From NCBI GenBank assembly GCA_021827645.1, contig JAKAVA010000041.1, forward strand, positions 2,076 to 66,075: 64,000 nt of DNA, in the 5' to 3' direction. The DNA is from Planctomycetota bacterium. GTDB taxonomy: Bacteria > Planctomycetota > Phycisphaerae > WQYP01. Below the pieces are notes generated by a model. It saw only the letters and a program-made list of their open reading frames with translations, was not told where the DNA came from and did no database searches. Below, piece after piece: positions 18,090-29,259 of this stretch (the stretch's first letter is position 1; each line of letters opens with the position of its first letter). The translations under genes were made by a program, and so were the position numbers.

Positions 18090-19802
18090 TCACGCCGCCG
18101 GGGCCGTGTGGCTGCGTCCGATCGGCTGGCGAATTTCACGCGCGGAAAAAACGGCCTTCCGCCCGGAGAGTTTCTCCAGCATATCCGCTTTCTGCCGCGC
18201 CGCCCAAAGTTCAAGTTCCGGATCGCTTCGATGGCGGATGGTGAAATGCACACTCCGGCGGTCGGCAGAACATTGAACGTGATCCACACATTGATAGTGT
18301 CCCCGATCCAGCGCCTCGGCGATGCGCAGTATTGCGGCGAGATTTTCCACCACGTCGCGTTCATCCGGCGTCAGCGCCATGTACGGTTCGTGGCTTTTTT
18401 TGGGCATGCTCCGCCGATGGTAGCGGGCGGTAACCGCCATGATGTCAATTTCCTGCGGCGAAAAGCCCGCTAAATCGCCATTTTTGATCAGATACCAGGA
18501 ATGCTTATGGTGTCCCGAATGGCCGATATGCCACCCGACATCATGAAGCATGGCGGCATATTCCAGCAATTCCCGGTACCGACGGTCCAGGCGGTGAACT
18601 CGCTCAAGCTGATCAAATATCGATACCGCCAACTTCGCCACATGGCGGGCATGGGCTTCGTCAAAATTGCAGCGCCGCCCCAATTCCACGACATTCCGTC
18701 GTCGCGGGTCCATGATCTCAACCGACAGACGCACCTTCGGCCAGTGGGTCTGCATATAGTCGATGATCATCCCCTCGCGCATGGCACGGTCGGAAATCTC
18801 GATTCGATTGATCTTGAATTGATCAAACAGATATTCAACAAGAACGCATCCGGCGACGATCTGAAATGCTCGTGCCGGGTCCAAACCCGGAATGAATTCC
18901 CGCTGGCGCATCGACATTCGGGTGACGCGGCGATAAATCAGATCAAAATCCTCGCGGGTAATCACGCCGGCCACCCGGCCGCGAGCCGCCTGCTGGCCGT
19001 GGAGGGCCGCGCACATGGAGGCGATGTTTTCCATCGTTCCGGAAGTGCCGACATACTGTCGTGGCTGTAATGCCTTGATGCGCTTGACCAGTGGGGAAAG
19101 AATTTTATGAATATGTTTTCGCAGGCGCTTGATCTGCGATTTTGCCGGAGGGTCCGCAGACAGGAATGCCTGAGTGAGGCGGCTGGCACCAAGCTTACGG
19201 CTCTCAAGCATCAGCGGTTTTTCATACTGGGCGAAAATGAATTCAGCCGAGCCGCCGCCGATATCTACCACCAATGCCGTACCGAGATCAAAATTAATGG
19301 CTTGGCGGACGGCCAGATAAATCAGGCGTGCTTCCTCCTGACTGGAGATGATCCGCACATCAAGACCGAGTTGCTCTTTGACCAATTGAATAAAATCGCC
19401 GCCATTGACGCTCTCGCGCACCGCACTGGTGGCAAATGCCAGTACCTGATCGCATTCAAAGCTCTGCGCCACGCGCAGGTATCGCCCCAGAACCGTCACG
19501 GTGTGATTCATGGCGGACCGCGTCAGAACGTGTTTGACCAGTGCATCCCGCCCCAGTTGCGTCAGTTCCTTCTGAGAACTGAGCGTGCGGAACGTCAATC
19601 CGGCGGTAACTTCCACTATCACCATATGCAGAGAGTTGGTGCCGATGTCGATGGCGCAGAGACGAAGCCCATGCGGGCTGCCGGATGTGGTTGGTTTTGC
19701 GGCGGGTAAATTGCGGGACGGCGGTCGGGTTGTCCTGCGGCGACGCCCTGTGCCTGCGAGCGGCTGCCGGAAAACCTTAACAATTGCGCGGGACTTTACC
19801 AT
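18090..19802 (-). CDS. ppx: Exopolyphosphatase/pppGpp phosphohydrolase with HD domain
   Basis: AIDIGTNS, ATSAVRE, EEARLIY, DIGGGSAE, LHDVG, HHKHS; start uncertain. Confidence 0.93.
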   Translation of the reverse strand: MVKSRAIVKVFRQPLAGTGRRRRTTRPPSRNLPAAKPTTSGSPHGLRLCAIDIGTNSLHMVIVEVTAGLTFRTLSSQKELTQLGRDALVKHVLTRSAMNHTVTVLGRYLRVAQSFECDQVLAFATSAVRESVNGGDFIQLVKEQLGLDVRIISSQEEARLIYLAVRQAINFDLGTALVVDIGGGSAEFIFAQYEKPLMLESRKLGASRLTQAFLSADPPAKSQIKRLRKHIHKILSPLVKRIKALQPRQYVGTSGTMENIASMCAALHGQQAARGRVAGVITREDFDLIYRRVTRMSMRQREFIPGLDPARAFQIVAGCVLVEYLFDQFKINRIEISDRAMREGMIIDYMQTHWPKVRLSVEIMDPRRRNVVELGRRCNFDEAHARHVAKLAVSIFDQLERVHRLDRRYRELLEYAAMLHDVGWHIGHSGHHKHSWYLIKNGDLAGFSPQEIDIMAVTARYHRRSMPKKSHEPYMALTPDERDVVENLAAILRIAEALDRGHYQCVDHVQCSADRRSVHFTIRHRSDPELELWAARQKADMLEKLSGRKAVFSAREIRQPIGRSHTAPAA

Positions 19803-19858
19803 CGTTCATGATTATGCTGCGGCGGGTGGAAGTTGTCTAACCATAAGCAGATGGACCG

Positions 19859-20755
19859 ATGAGCAGCCGCATGTCTCCCATTTCCCACATCGCAGCAGCC
19901 CATCCGCCCTCGCTGAACGATATTGAGCTTGATTCCCGCAGCCTTTCTCCAAGGCACATGCGGCAGATCACCGACCATCTCTACCGGCGGCTGTCACTGA
20001 TGCGCGGATATCTTCTCGCAGTTCACGCCGAACCCGGCGAGCGGGTTATCCATGATCTGCGCGTCGCGACCCGTCGCACGACCGAAGCTCTCGCCCTGCT
20101 TGCCGCCGCCGGCAGCATACCGCACCGCCGCGCCGGTCATTGTGTCCGACGCCTGCGTGATTTGCGCCGGGCTGCCGGTCGCGTCCGTGATATTGATGTC
20201 TTCCTGCAGAATCTGCAGGCAACCGGCCGTAAGAAGGCGGATATCGATGTTGCTCGCCACCGACAGCTCATTCGAGCGCTTCGGAAAGAACGGCGGGAGG
20301 TTTCGCAATTACTGAATCGTCATTGGAAGCAGGCGGCGGCAGACGCGGAACTTCATCGGGTGGTTGACAGCACCCGCGCTCTGGACCTGCATGTTGATCC
20401 GAAAATGGTTGAAGAGGCGATCCGCTCGCGGCTCGCCTGGCACCGGCGGCGATTCAACCGGCGATCCCGGCGGTCGTATCTGCGGCCCACCCCGCATCAT
20501 ATTCACCGCACGCGTATTGCCGGCAAGCAGTGGCGCTATCTGCTGGAATTCATGCACGCCATCCATGCTGCGCCGGAAGCTCAATTGGACAGAGTGTTGC
20601 GGCGTCTCAAGGCGTTTCAAAAAGCCGCCGGCGAGCTTCAGGATACGGTTTCTCTGCAATCCCGCCTTCACACATCTGCGGAAGATATCCAGTCGCTGCC
20701 GCAGGTACAGCGCCGTATCCGCGCGGCCCTTAAGGCGATGCAGGCTCTGCAGTGA
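19859..20755 (+). CDS. CHAD domain protein (polyphosphate binding)
   Basis: IHDLRVATRR, GRVRDIDV, HRTRIAGKQWRY, GELQD; divergent from ppx. Confidence 0.88.
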   Translation: MSSRMSPISHIAAAHPPSLNDIELDSRSLSPRHMRQITDHLYRRLSLMRGYLLAVHAEPGERVIHDLRVATRRTTEALALLAAAGSIPHRRAGHCVRRLRDLRRAAGRVRDIDVFLQNLQATGRKKADIDVARHRQLIRALRKERREVSQLLNRHWKQAAADAELHRVVDSTRALDLHVDPKMVEEAIRSRLAWHRRRFNRRSRRSYLRPTPHHIHRTRIAGKQWRYLLEFMHAIHAAPEAQLDRVLRRLKAFQKAAGELQDTVSLQSRLHTSAEDIQSLPQVQRRIRAALKAMQALQ

Positions 20756-20779
20756 TGTGTCGCAGGTTGCAATGGAGCT

Positions 20780-22762
20780 TTATCGATGCGTCGGTGAGCC
20801 TTTTTCCGCGGCGCTTTCCACACGCAGCCTGAGGTGCTCAATCGCCTGCAAAATCTCCTTCGCCACCTCGCGCAGATGTTCCCGGGAAGAAGAGTCCTTA
20901 TCGTATCGATCAAAATGGATCGGCGATCCGAAATGTATCACCACCCGCGCGGGCTTTAATAAGTCGTGCAGTACCGATCGGTGCGGATAGGTACCTGAAA
21001 TGTATACTGGAACCACCGGCGCTCCGGTCCGGGCTGCAAGCATCGCGGCCGCAAGTTGAGGCTCGCCCCCCGCCGGCCCATAACCTGTCGATATCTCCGG
21101 AAAAAGACCCACGACATGTCCATGATTCAGTGCCCGCAGTGCCTGGCGCAGGCTCTTGCCGCGTGCTCCCTGCCGATTGATGGAGATGCACCCAAGGAGC
21201 CCGAATATCTGCCGTAAAATCGGAAGCCGGAAATATTTCTCCTCCATCATCAGACGAACCAGTCGTCGCTTGCTGCTGATGGCGACCGCGAGAGTCTGCA
21301 GAGCACCGCCGTGATCGCCCACCACAATGGCCGGCCCGTGAACCGGAATGCGGCAGGCGTTGGCCCGGCGCCAGCGGTGTACCACCTGCATATAAGCGGC
21401 GACCAGACGCCGGGCGGCGGCGGCTGGCAGAGGCAAGGGTTGCCGACGGTAGTAGATAATCAGCAAAAATACGCCGATGGCCAGAATCGCGGTTCCGACA
21501 CCGAGAATGATCGACATTAAAAAGGCGTCCACCTTCGGCCAGAATGCAATCGGTACGGTTGGCAGAAGCAGACCGAAGGTTGTAAGCATATCCCGAGCTC
21601 CCATCACACGCCCTCTCACCCAGTCGGGCACCACGCGCTGCAGCAACGTGTCCACGGTGATGAACATCACCGCTCCGAACGATGCGCTGAGTGTCAGCCA
21701 GATCAGAAACGTCTCCCAGTGCGACGCCTGCCCGGCCATCAGGATCCCTGCGCCAATAGCGACCGTCGCCCAACCGATGCCCACTTCCTTCGGGATTCCA
21801 TTTCGCGCCCGGCTTACCGCCGCCGCCCCGACAATCATCCCGATCCCGGCAACCCCCATGAAATAGGCAAAATCACTGGCGGTAAGATGAAAACGTGACG
21901 TGACAATCGCCGGCATGCAGTTGAGAATGACTGAACTGGCGGTAAAAAAAAGTACCTCCAGCGTTATGGCCTGCAGTGGATGTTTATGGCATCGCAGATA
22001 ATGCCATGCACTGGTGAGTTCCTTGATCAATCCGGGATGCGTATGCCCCTTGACCGGTTCGGGCCGATCCATACCGGGTTGCAGCTTCATCGAAAAAACC
22101 GCCGTTGCCGACATCAGATAGGTCGCGGCATCTGCGTACATCGCCACCTGAAGGCCGTAATGCCAGTAGTGGCCCAATGTGATGAGGACTCCGCCGAGCA
22201 CAAAGCCCGCCAGCGTGCTGATCGTACCCGCCACCGAAAGAATGGAATTCGCCTGGAGCAGTTCCCGCGGATGGACCAGATTCGGAACGATGGCGGCACG
22301 CGCAGGAGAGAATATTTCTCCGAAGCTTGAGAGAATCACTTCGGAACCGAAAAGCAGCACCAGCAGTTCCCACACCGGCAGACTGCTGTGATAGGCGGCC
22401 ACCAGCAGTACCGTTCGGGCGATGATCACAATGACAAAACGTGTCAGATCGCAGCCGATCATCACCCATCGTCGGGGCAGCCGGTCGGATATGGCGCCGC
22501 CGATCGGTGCCAGCATGAGAAACGGGATGAACATGGCGATATTAAGCTGGGCCGAGTGCTGAGCGCTTTCCGTTTTATCGTGCAGAATCACATAGCACAT
22601 CAGTGCCAGCATGACCAGATAATGAATCCGATCGCCGACCACCGACACCACGTAGGCCGTCGCAAGCAGAAAAAAGTTTCGATTGCGCCAAAGCGGCGGG
22701 AAGTGCATCAGAAGGGGGGTATCATCAGCCGTGGATTGTGCCGCAATGGATTGCTTCATCAC
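20780..22762 (-). CDS. MFS transporter fused to a PlsC-type acyltransferase domain (LplT/Aas-like)
   Basis: GAISDRLPRR motif A and about 12 TMs; C-terminal IPVHGPAIVVGDH, LFPE, APVVPVYI, HFGSPI. Confidence 0.82.
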   Translation of the reverse strand: MMKQSIAAQSTADDTPLLMHFPPLWRNRNFFLLATAYVVSVVGDRIHYLVMLALMCYVILHDKTESAQHSAQLNIAMFIPFLMLAPIGGAISDRLPRRWVMIGCDLTRFVIVIIARTVLLVAAYHSSLPVWELLVLLFGSEVILSSFGEIFSPARAAIVPNLVHPRELLQANSILSVAGTISTLAGFVLGGVLITLGHYWHYGLQVAMYADAATYLMSATAVFSMKLQPGMDRPEPVKGHTHPGLIKELTSAWHYLRCHKHPLQAITLEVLFFTASSVILNCMPAIVTSRFHLTASDFAYFMGVAGIGMIVGAAAVSRARNGIPKEVGIGWATVAIGAGILMAGQASHWETFLIWLTLSASFGAVMFITVDTLLQRVVPDWVRGRVMGARDMLTTFGLLLPTVPIAFWPKVDAFLMSIILGVGTAILAIGVFLLIIYYRRQPLPLPAAAARRLVAAYMQVVHRWRRANACRIPVHGPAIVVGDHGGALQTLAVAISSKRRLVRLMMEEKYFRLPILRQIFGLLGCISINRQGARGKSLRQALRALNHGHVVGLFPEISTGYGPAGGEPQLAAAMLAARTGAPVVPVYISGTYPHRSVLHDLLKPARVVIHFGSPIHFDRYDKDSSSREHLREVAKEILQAIEHLRLRVESAAEKGSPTHR

Positions 22763-22863
22763 GCCTTTTTATTTTCTACAACTACCTGTCATTATCTGCC
22801 GCCATGCAGAATTACATGGAAGTTATATCACATGCGGCGGGTTCATGGCAGGGGGGTGATGAA

Positions 22864-23811
22864 TTATCGCAAAAGCCGGAGTTTATCCATAATTTCCGCT
22901 GCTCCTCGACGCTGGAGTGTTTCCAACAGTAATTTCAAAGACGCTGCATCGGGAAGGGCTTCTTCGCCCATGATCGCCGCCCGTGCCATCTCACTGCCGT
23001 CGGGAAGTGCGATCAGAGCGCGAAATATCCACCCCTTGGAACCTGGATGATCCAGATGCCGGGGCCGGGCAAGCACGCCGATCGGCGCCAGGCAGTCACC
23101 TGCCAGCGATTCCACCACTTTTCGTTCAAACTCCAGGGCCGCTCCAGTATGGCCGTCATGAATCGCTTCGGCAGCAAGTTGAGTGGTCCGATCGTCATCG
23201 CGGCACTCCAATGCCAGCGTCCCCTGACCCACGGCCGGAATGAATTCATCCAGCGGTAATGCGACAGCAGTCTTCGGCAGTAGCCCGGTGCGATCCAATC
23301 CCGCTTTAGCGAGAAAAGTTCCCGCAACAACGCCTCGGTTGACCTTGTCCAGTCGGGTGTCAATATTTCCGCGCAGCGGTTCGATACGCAGGTCGGGGCG
23401 CTTTGCACGCAATTGGGCCGCTCGGCGCAGCGAAGTGGTCCCCACCACGGCGCTGTGTGGCAGTTCCGCGATGGCCATGCCGTTAAACCCTATCCATACA
23501 TCATGCGGATCGGCTCGCAGCGGTGTAGCGACCAATTTTAATCCGTCCGCCTGTCCAACCGGCAGGTCTTTGGCTGAATGGACGGCCAGATCAATGCGTT
23601 TCTCCATCAGGGCCTGCTGCAACTCTTTTACAAAGAGGCCTTTGCCGCCTGCATTCTGCAGCGGGCCTTCGCGGTGGCGATCACCGGAAGTGGTAATGGT
23701 GATCAGTTCGGTTTGCAGACCGGGATTAGCTCTCGCCAACGCGTCCGCAACCATCTGTGTCTGAGTTTTAGCAAGCAAACTTCCGCGAGTGCCAATTCGT
23801 AAAATCGCCAT
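22864..23811 (-). CDS. hemC: Hydroxymethylbilane synthase
   Basis: LRIGTRGSLLA, GKGLFVKE, AVHSAKD, GTTSLRR, LRGNIDTRL, GDCLAPIG. Confidence 0.96.
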   Translation of the reverse strand: MAILRIGTRGSLLAKTQTQMVADALARANPGLQTELITITTSGDRHREGPLQNAGGKGLFVKELQQALMEKRIDLAVHSAKDLPVGQADGLKLVATPLRADPHDVWIGFNGMAIAELPHSAVVGTTSLRRAAQLRAKRPDLRIEPLRGNIDTRLDKVNRGVVAGTFLAKAGLDRTGLLPKTAVALPLDEFIPAVGQGTLALECRDDDRTTQLAAEAIHDGHTGAALEFERKVVESLAGDCLAPIGVLARPRHLDHPGSKGWIFRALIALPDGSEMARAAIMGEEALPDAASLKLLLETLQRRGAAEIMDKLRLLR

Positions 23812-23937
23812 GTGCCTCCCGGGCCGGATCAAACGTCAATGCTGAGAGTATAAACTCGTATCCGTTGCAAACCAGTTCTCACAACTCGACAAACGAGGGT
23901 TACCCCGCCGTTTGCGTCCCCGAAAGGATTCAGCAAC

Positions 23938-25116
23938 TCAACGGCTTGGGACCGCATGCGCCTGATACGCCGCTTCGTAGCGGGTCGACAGGTATTCCCA
24001 GTTAAAGCGCTCTTTCCACGCCTGATACCCGTGATCCGCCATCACAGAGCGGCGCGCCGGGTCGGCGAGAAGTTCTTCGATACCTCGCGTAAGGTCGGCG
24101 ATGTTACATTGACAGTATCCCGGCGGTGCACCCGGCTTCTGATGCGTCGGCAGAATCAGCCCGCTGCCGCTCCATCCGGCGATTTCCCGGCTGTTTCCCA
24201 CGTCATTGGCGATAAACGGAGTTCGAGAAGCCATCGCTTCGAAAAGCACCAGCGGCGAACATTCAATGTTGGATGGAAACACAAACAAATCCGCGGCGTG
24301 ATATGCGGCAATCACATCGGGGCGGGGGGGATCCAGCAGCAATACCCGCTTCCTGCCCAAAGATTTCAGGCGTATCCACTTGGATTGCGCGATATCTCGC
24401 GGCAGACATCCCAGCGAGGCATTCGTATTGCCGATGATCACCAGCACGGCCGGCCCGATTTTCGCTGCCGCCAGTGCCGCGATTGCCTCGGTGTGCCCTT
24501 TCCAGCAGGTGTGAGAACCGACGGTAAGGAGCATCAGTGCTTTTTCAGCAATACCGTGGCGGGCGCGGAAAGATTTGTCCACATGGCTGAATTCCTCCGC
24601 CGATGCCCCGTTGGGAATCACCTCCATATTCGCCAGGCCGTGGGATCGGCAGAATTCAATGTCGCGGTAAGATTCAGAATGGAAAATAAGATGATCATAT
24701 TTCCGCAATATTGCCGGCAGATCGGCGAAATACTGTCGGTAGGCCGGATCATAGAGGCCGGAAAATCCGCACGGTGAAAGTACCTTTCGGCAAGGTATCT
24801 GATCGAGCACCGGAAACAGTGCGTCGGTCGCCCACTGCTGGGCCGCATAGGACATGACCACATCAAAGCCGCCGTCGATAATATATTTCTGATACCGCTC
24901 AATTTCGCCTGACATGCCGCGCACGGCATTGCCCCTGCAGTCAAATTCCTCAATCCGCACGCCGTTGATCACTTTTTCCGTTCTCTCGGGACAGGCGGTG
25001 GTTGCGACGGTGACTTCATGACCGTGCTGCACCATGAGCTGCGAAAGCTGCCGGACAACTTCCTGGGCTCCACCCGTGCGGGGATGGTAAAATTCAACTG
25101 TATGGACAATACGCAT
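23938..25116 (-). CDS. Glycosyltransferase family 4
   Basis: GGAQEVV, VIPNG, DLFVFPSNIECSPLVLFEAMA. Confidence 0.9.
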   Translation of the reverse strand: MRIVHTVEFYHPRTGGAQEVVRQLSQLMVQHGHEVTVATTACPERTEKVINGVRIEEFDCRGNAVRGMSGEIERYQKYIIDGGFDVVMSYAAQQWATDALFPVLDQIPCRKVLSPCGFSGLYDPAYRQYFADLPAILRKYDHLIFHSESYRDIEFCRSHGLANMEVIPNGASAEEFSHVDKSFRARHGIAEKALMLLTVGSHTCWKGHTEAIAALAAAKIGPAVLVIIGNTNASLGCLPRDIAQSKWIRLKSLGRKRVLLLDPPRPDVIAAYHAADLFVFPSNIECSPLVLFEAMASRTPFIANDVGNSREIAGWSGSGLILPTHQKPGAPPGYCQCNIADLTRGIEELLADPARRSVMADHGYQAWKERFNWEYLSTRYEAAYQAHAVPSR

Positions 25117-25161
25117 GTGTGCCCTTGGGCCGGTACCCGGATATCCGGCCGCCGCCCGCCG

Positions 25162-25641
25162 TCATAACACCGTAATGGAATTGATTTTGGGAGCCTGGGC
25201 CGGTTGGCCGGTCTGGCTGTTGCGCAGGGGAACCGCGGCGATTTTGTCGACGACTTCAATGCCCGAGACGACTTGGCCGAAACAGGTGTATTGTCCGTCC
25301 AGATGCGGCGCGGCCTGATGCATGATGAAGAACTGGCTGCCGGCGGAGTTCGGATCCTGCGAACGCGCCATGCTGATGACACCGCGAGTATGTTTACGAT
25401 TGCTGAATTCCGCCTTGATGTGGTATCCCGGTCCGCCGGTACCCGTCCCCTGCGGACATCCCCCCTGAATCATGAAGCCCGGAATGATGCGGTGAAACGT
25501 CAGGCCGTTGTAAAACCCCTTTTTCGCCAGTTTGACAAAATTATCAACGGTCCCGGGGGCCACGTCCGGCCACATTTCAACGGTTATGTCTCCATGCTCG
25601 GTCGATACTTTCAGTTGCTGCGCTTTAACGGGCTCTGCCAT
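25162..25641 (-). CDS. ppiB: Cyclophilin-type peptidyl-prolyl cis-trans isomerase
   Basis: FYNGLTFHRIIPGFMIQGG, SMARSQDPNSAGSQFFI, HLDGQYTCFG. Confidence 0.93.
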   Translation of the reverse strand: MAEPVKAQQLKVSTEHGDITVEMWPDVAPGTVDNFVKLAKKGFYNGLTFHRIIPGFMIQGGCPQGTGTGGPGYHIKAEFSNRKHTRGVISMARSQDPNSAGSQFFIMHQAAPHLDGQYTCFGQVVSGIEVVDKIAAVPLRNSQTGQPAQAPKINSITVL

Positions 25642-25675
25642 CGTTCATGTCTCCATGCAATAACGTCGTTTCATG

Positions 25676-26371
25676 TTATACCCGTTTCTTACCCGCAGGG
25701 CCAGCCTGGCGCGATCCGCCCAGGAGTTTTGCCGATGGACAGATGTCCGCGAGCTCGCACCCGGCGCAATCGGGGCTCCGCGCCGTACATCGGCGGCGGC
25801 CATGAAAAATCATTAAATGAGACATCAAGGTCCAATCGCGGCGCTCGATGATCTGCATCAGGTCCTGTTCCACCTTCACCGGATCGGTCTGCCGGGTCAA
25901 TCCCAGCCGCCGTGAAAGGCGTCCCACATGCGTGTCAACCACAATCCCCTCATCAATTCCCCAGGCATTGCCCAGCACCACATTGGCAGTTTTACGCCCG
26001 ACGCCGGGCAGGGCGGTAAGTTCCGCCATCGTGGCCGGGACCTTCCCACCATGCTTTTCCACCAGGAGCCGTGCGGTGCGGGAAATGGATCGGGCCTTTG
26101 CCCGGAAAAAACCTGTGCTGCGGATGATCGCTTCAATGTCAGCGACTTGAGCCTGCGCCAGCGCGCGGGCATCAGGGTATGCCGCAAAAAGTTTCGGCGT
26201 CACCTGATTCACCCGCTCATCCGTGCATTGCGCGGAAAGAATGGTGGCAATCAGTAATTCCAGCGGATTGTGATGGACCAATGCACAATGGGCATCGGGA
26301 TAGGTGGATTTAAGAATTGCAACAATCGCAGCGGCATGCTGTCGGCGCTTTTCCAATGACATACGCGGCAT
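25676..26371 (-). CDS. nth: Endonuclease III
   Basis: LSAQCTDERVN, LPGVGRKTANVVL, VDTHV, C-X6-C-X2-C-X5-C FeS motif. Confidence 0.97.
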   Translation of the reverse strand: MPRMSLEKRRQHAAAIVAILKSTYPDAHCALVHHNPLELLIATILSAQCTDERVNQVTPKLFAAYPDARALAQAQVADIEAIIRSTGFFRAKARSISRTARLLVEKHGGKVPATMAELTALPGVGRKTANVVLGNAWGIDEGIVVDTHVGRLSRRLGLTRQTDPVKVEQDLMQIIERRDWTLMSHLMIFHGRRRCTARSPDCAGCELADICPSAKLLGGSRQAGPAGKKRV

Positions 26372-26382
26372 GGCAGTGTCCC

Positions 26383-26976
26383 TTATACGCCCGCGGCTTT
26401 TGCCCGGCTGTCCGTCAGTGTGGCACCCGCCTGCCGTGGCGGTCCCTGCGTCGCCGCCGACACCAGCAGCAGTGCCAGAAGCAGAAACAGTTCCGCTTCT
26501 CCCAGATGTTCTGATTGGGCATGCAGGATTTCAAATTGCTTCCGGTGTGCCGCCGCCTGCGCGGGGTGCCGATCGACATTCTCCACCCACTGCTTGTGTT
26601 CCTGCCAGACCCTTGGGAAAGTGTAGAAACGATCGACGAGTGTTACCGCGGTGATCAGGCAGACCAGAATTACCCGAATCAGATTCCAGAAGTTCTTCCA
26701 CCGCAGATAAAAAACCGTCTGAAACAACACCGCGGCCAGCAGGATACCGGCGCAGGTGAGTTCCACCGGATTGAAAGCCTTGAGAATGTGTCCGAAAACA
26801 TCGCCCGCAAGCTGTTTGGGTTGGTCGAGTGCGGGGCTCATCCCCGGAACGGTGGCGTGAGATTCCGGAATAATCGTGAATATTTCATACGCAGCCAACG
26901 GGCCGAGGATCGCCAGCCCGCCGAAATAGATCGAAAGCGAAAGCCAGAAAAATATCTGCGATATTCGGAATCCCAT
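26383..26976 (-). CDS. Four-TM membrane protein, DUF4149/TMEM205-like
   Basis: Four hydrophobic helices, AGDVFG, FEILHAQSE; ATG overlaps the upstream TAA (TAATG at 26974-26978). Confidence 0.65.
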   Translation of the reverse strand: MGFRISQIFFWLSLSIYFGGLAILGPLAAYEIFTIIPESHATVPGMSPALDQPKQLAGDVFGHILKAFNPVELTCAGILLAAVLFQTVFYLRWKNFWNLIRVILVCLITAVTLVDRFYTFPRVWQEHKQWVENVDRHPAQAAAHRKQFEILHAQSEHLGEAELFLLLALLLVSAATQGPPRQAGATLTDSRAKAAGV

Positions 26977-27695
26977 TACCGGGCGCTCCCGGCGGCCGTA
27001 CCGGTTACACGCCTGACCGGAATCTGCACTTCCCCATATTTGAACCAAGGGAGCACAAATGGGCTGTTGTACGCCAGATACCGCGCTTCCCCGTCCGCCT
27101 GATATTCTCCGGCGTGGGCGGCGAGCCACTGCACAACTTTTTTCTCCGCCCGCTCGAATCGCGCTGCCGTGTATTGCCCCCGCACACCGATACTCGCCAC
27201 CAACATCGGTGGTTCATCTTCCACCGTAACCCGCCCGTCCGTGCCATCTTTTCCGATGGTTGGCTTGCCATAGACAAACGCCATCGATGCCATCGATTCC
27301 TTCCCTTTGGCATTCGTGTTGTAAGTCATCACCACCGGGGAACTCATCGCAATATGGTTCGATTCAATATGCCGAAACAGCGGCATGAATAATTCGCCGC
27401 TACCGCTGCGGTCGGCCGTTCTTTTGGTTACCGCAATCCGACACGCGGGATATTGCTTGATGATCACCTCACCGACCGGACCGGGCGGCGGGAAACCTTC
27501 GGGCAAAGGTGCCGACGGACCTGCCACCCACGATGGGGCCGCGACGGTCGGCTTGTGGACGGTTTTATCCGCCGTCGGCGCGGAAGGCGTTGATGCACAC
27601 CCGCCCATCAGCAACGCTGCGCCCGCAGCCATCGCCGCCATCACAGCCATTGGCTGGACCATGGAAAATCCCAGTTGTCGAATCAACTCAATCAT
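26976..27695 (-). CDS. SOUL-family heme-binding lipoprotein
   Basis: Lipobox MGGC; LFRHIESNHIAMSSPV, MAFVY, YNSPFVLPW..GEVQIPV; GAGGTGG RBS; start uncertain. Confidence 0.85.
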   Translation of the reverse strand: MIELIRQLGFSMVQPMAVMAAMAAGAALLMGGCASTPSAPTADKTVHKPTVAAPSWVAGPSAPLPEGFPPPGPVGEVIIKQYPACRIAVTKRTADRSGSGELFMPLFRHIESNHIAMSSPVVMTYNTNAKGKESMASMAFVYGKPTIGKDGTDGRVTVEDEPPMLVASIGVRGQYTAARFERAEKKVVQWLAAHAGEYQADGEARYLAYNSPFVLPWFKYGEVQIPVRRVTGTAAGSAR

Positions 27696-27877
27696 CGTCG
27701 CCACCTCATCCATAAAACCAAGATGGAACCAGCGGTGCAGTATCCCATGCATTATAGGGGGCCGCGGGATTAGCGGTGGCGAATCGGCTTGAGCGGCCAC
27801 ACTGCCTCGCAGTCCACCATTTGCTGATCCGATGGGCATGAGTTGCGTACGTCAGCCGTAGCGCCTGCAGTAGACGA

Positions 27878-27908
27878 GGATGGGGGCCGTTGCTGGAAGC
27901 CCCCATCC
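27878..27908 (-). terminator. Hairpin downstream of ahcY
   Basis: GGATGGGGGC-N11-GCCCCCATCC, perfect 10-bp stem; no clear U tract. Confidence 0.45.
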
Positions 27909-27936
27909 ATGCAATTTCAGTATGCTGCCAACGGGC

Positions 27937-29259
<1,323 letters not shown>

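Noticed and set aside
23885-23935. c-di-GMP-I riboswitch (GGGACGCAAA on the minus strand before hemC)
   Set aside because: The upstream GGCAAAC/GNRA P2 stem and the P3 features are missing; only two simple hairpins are present
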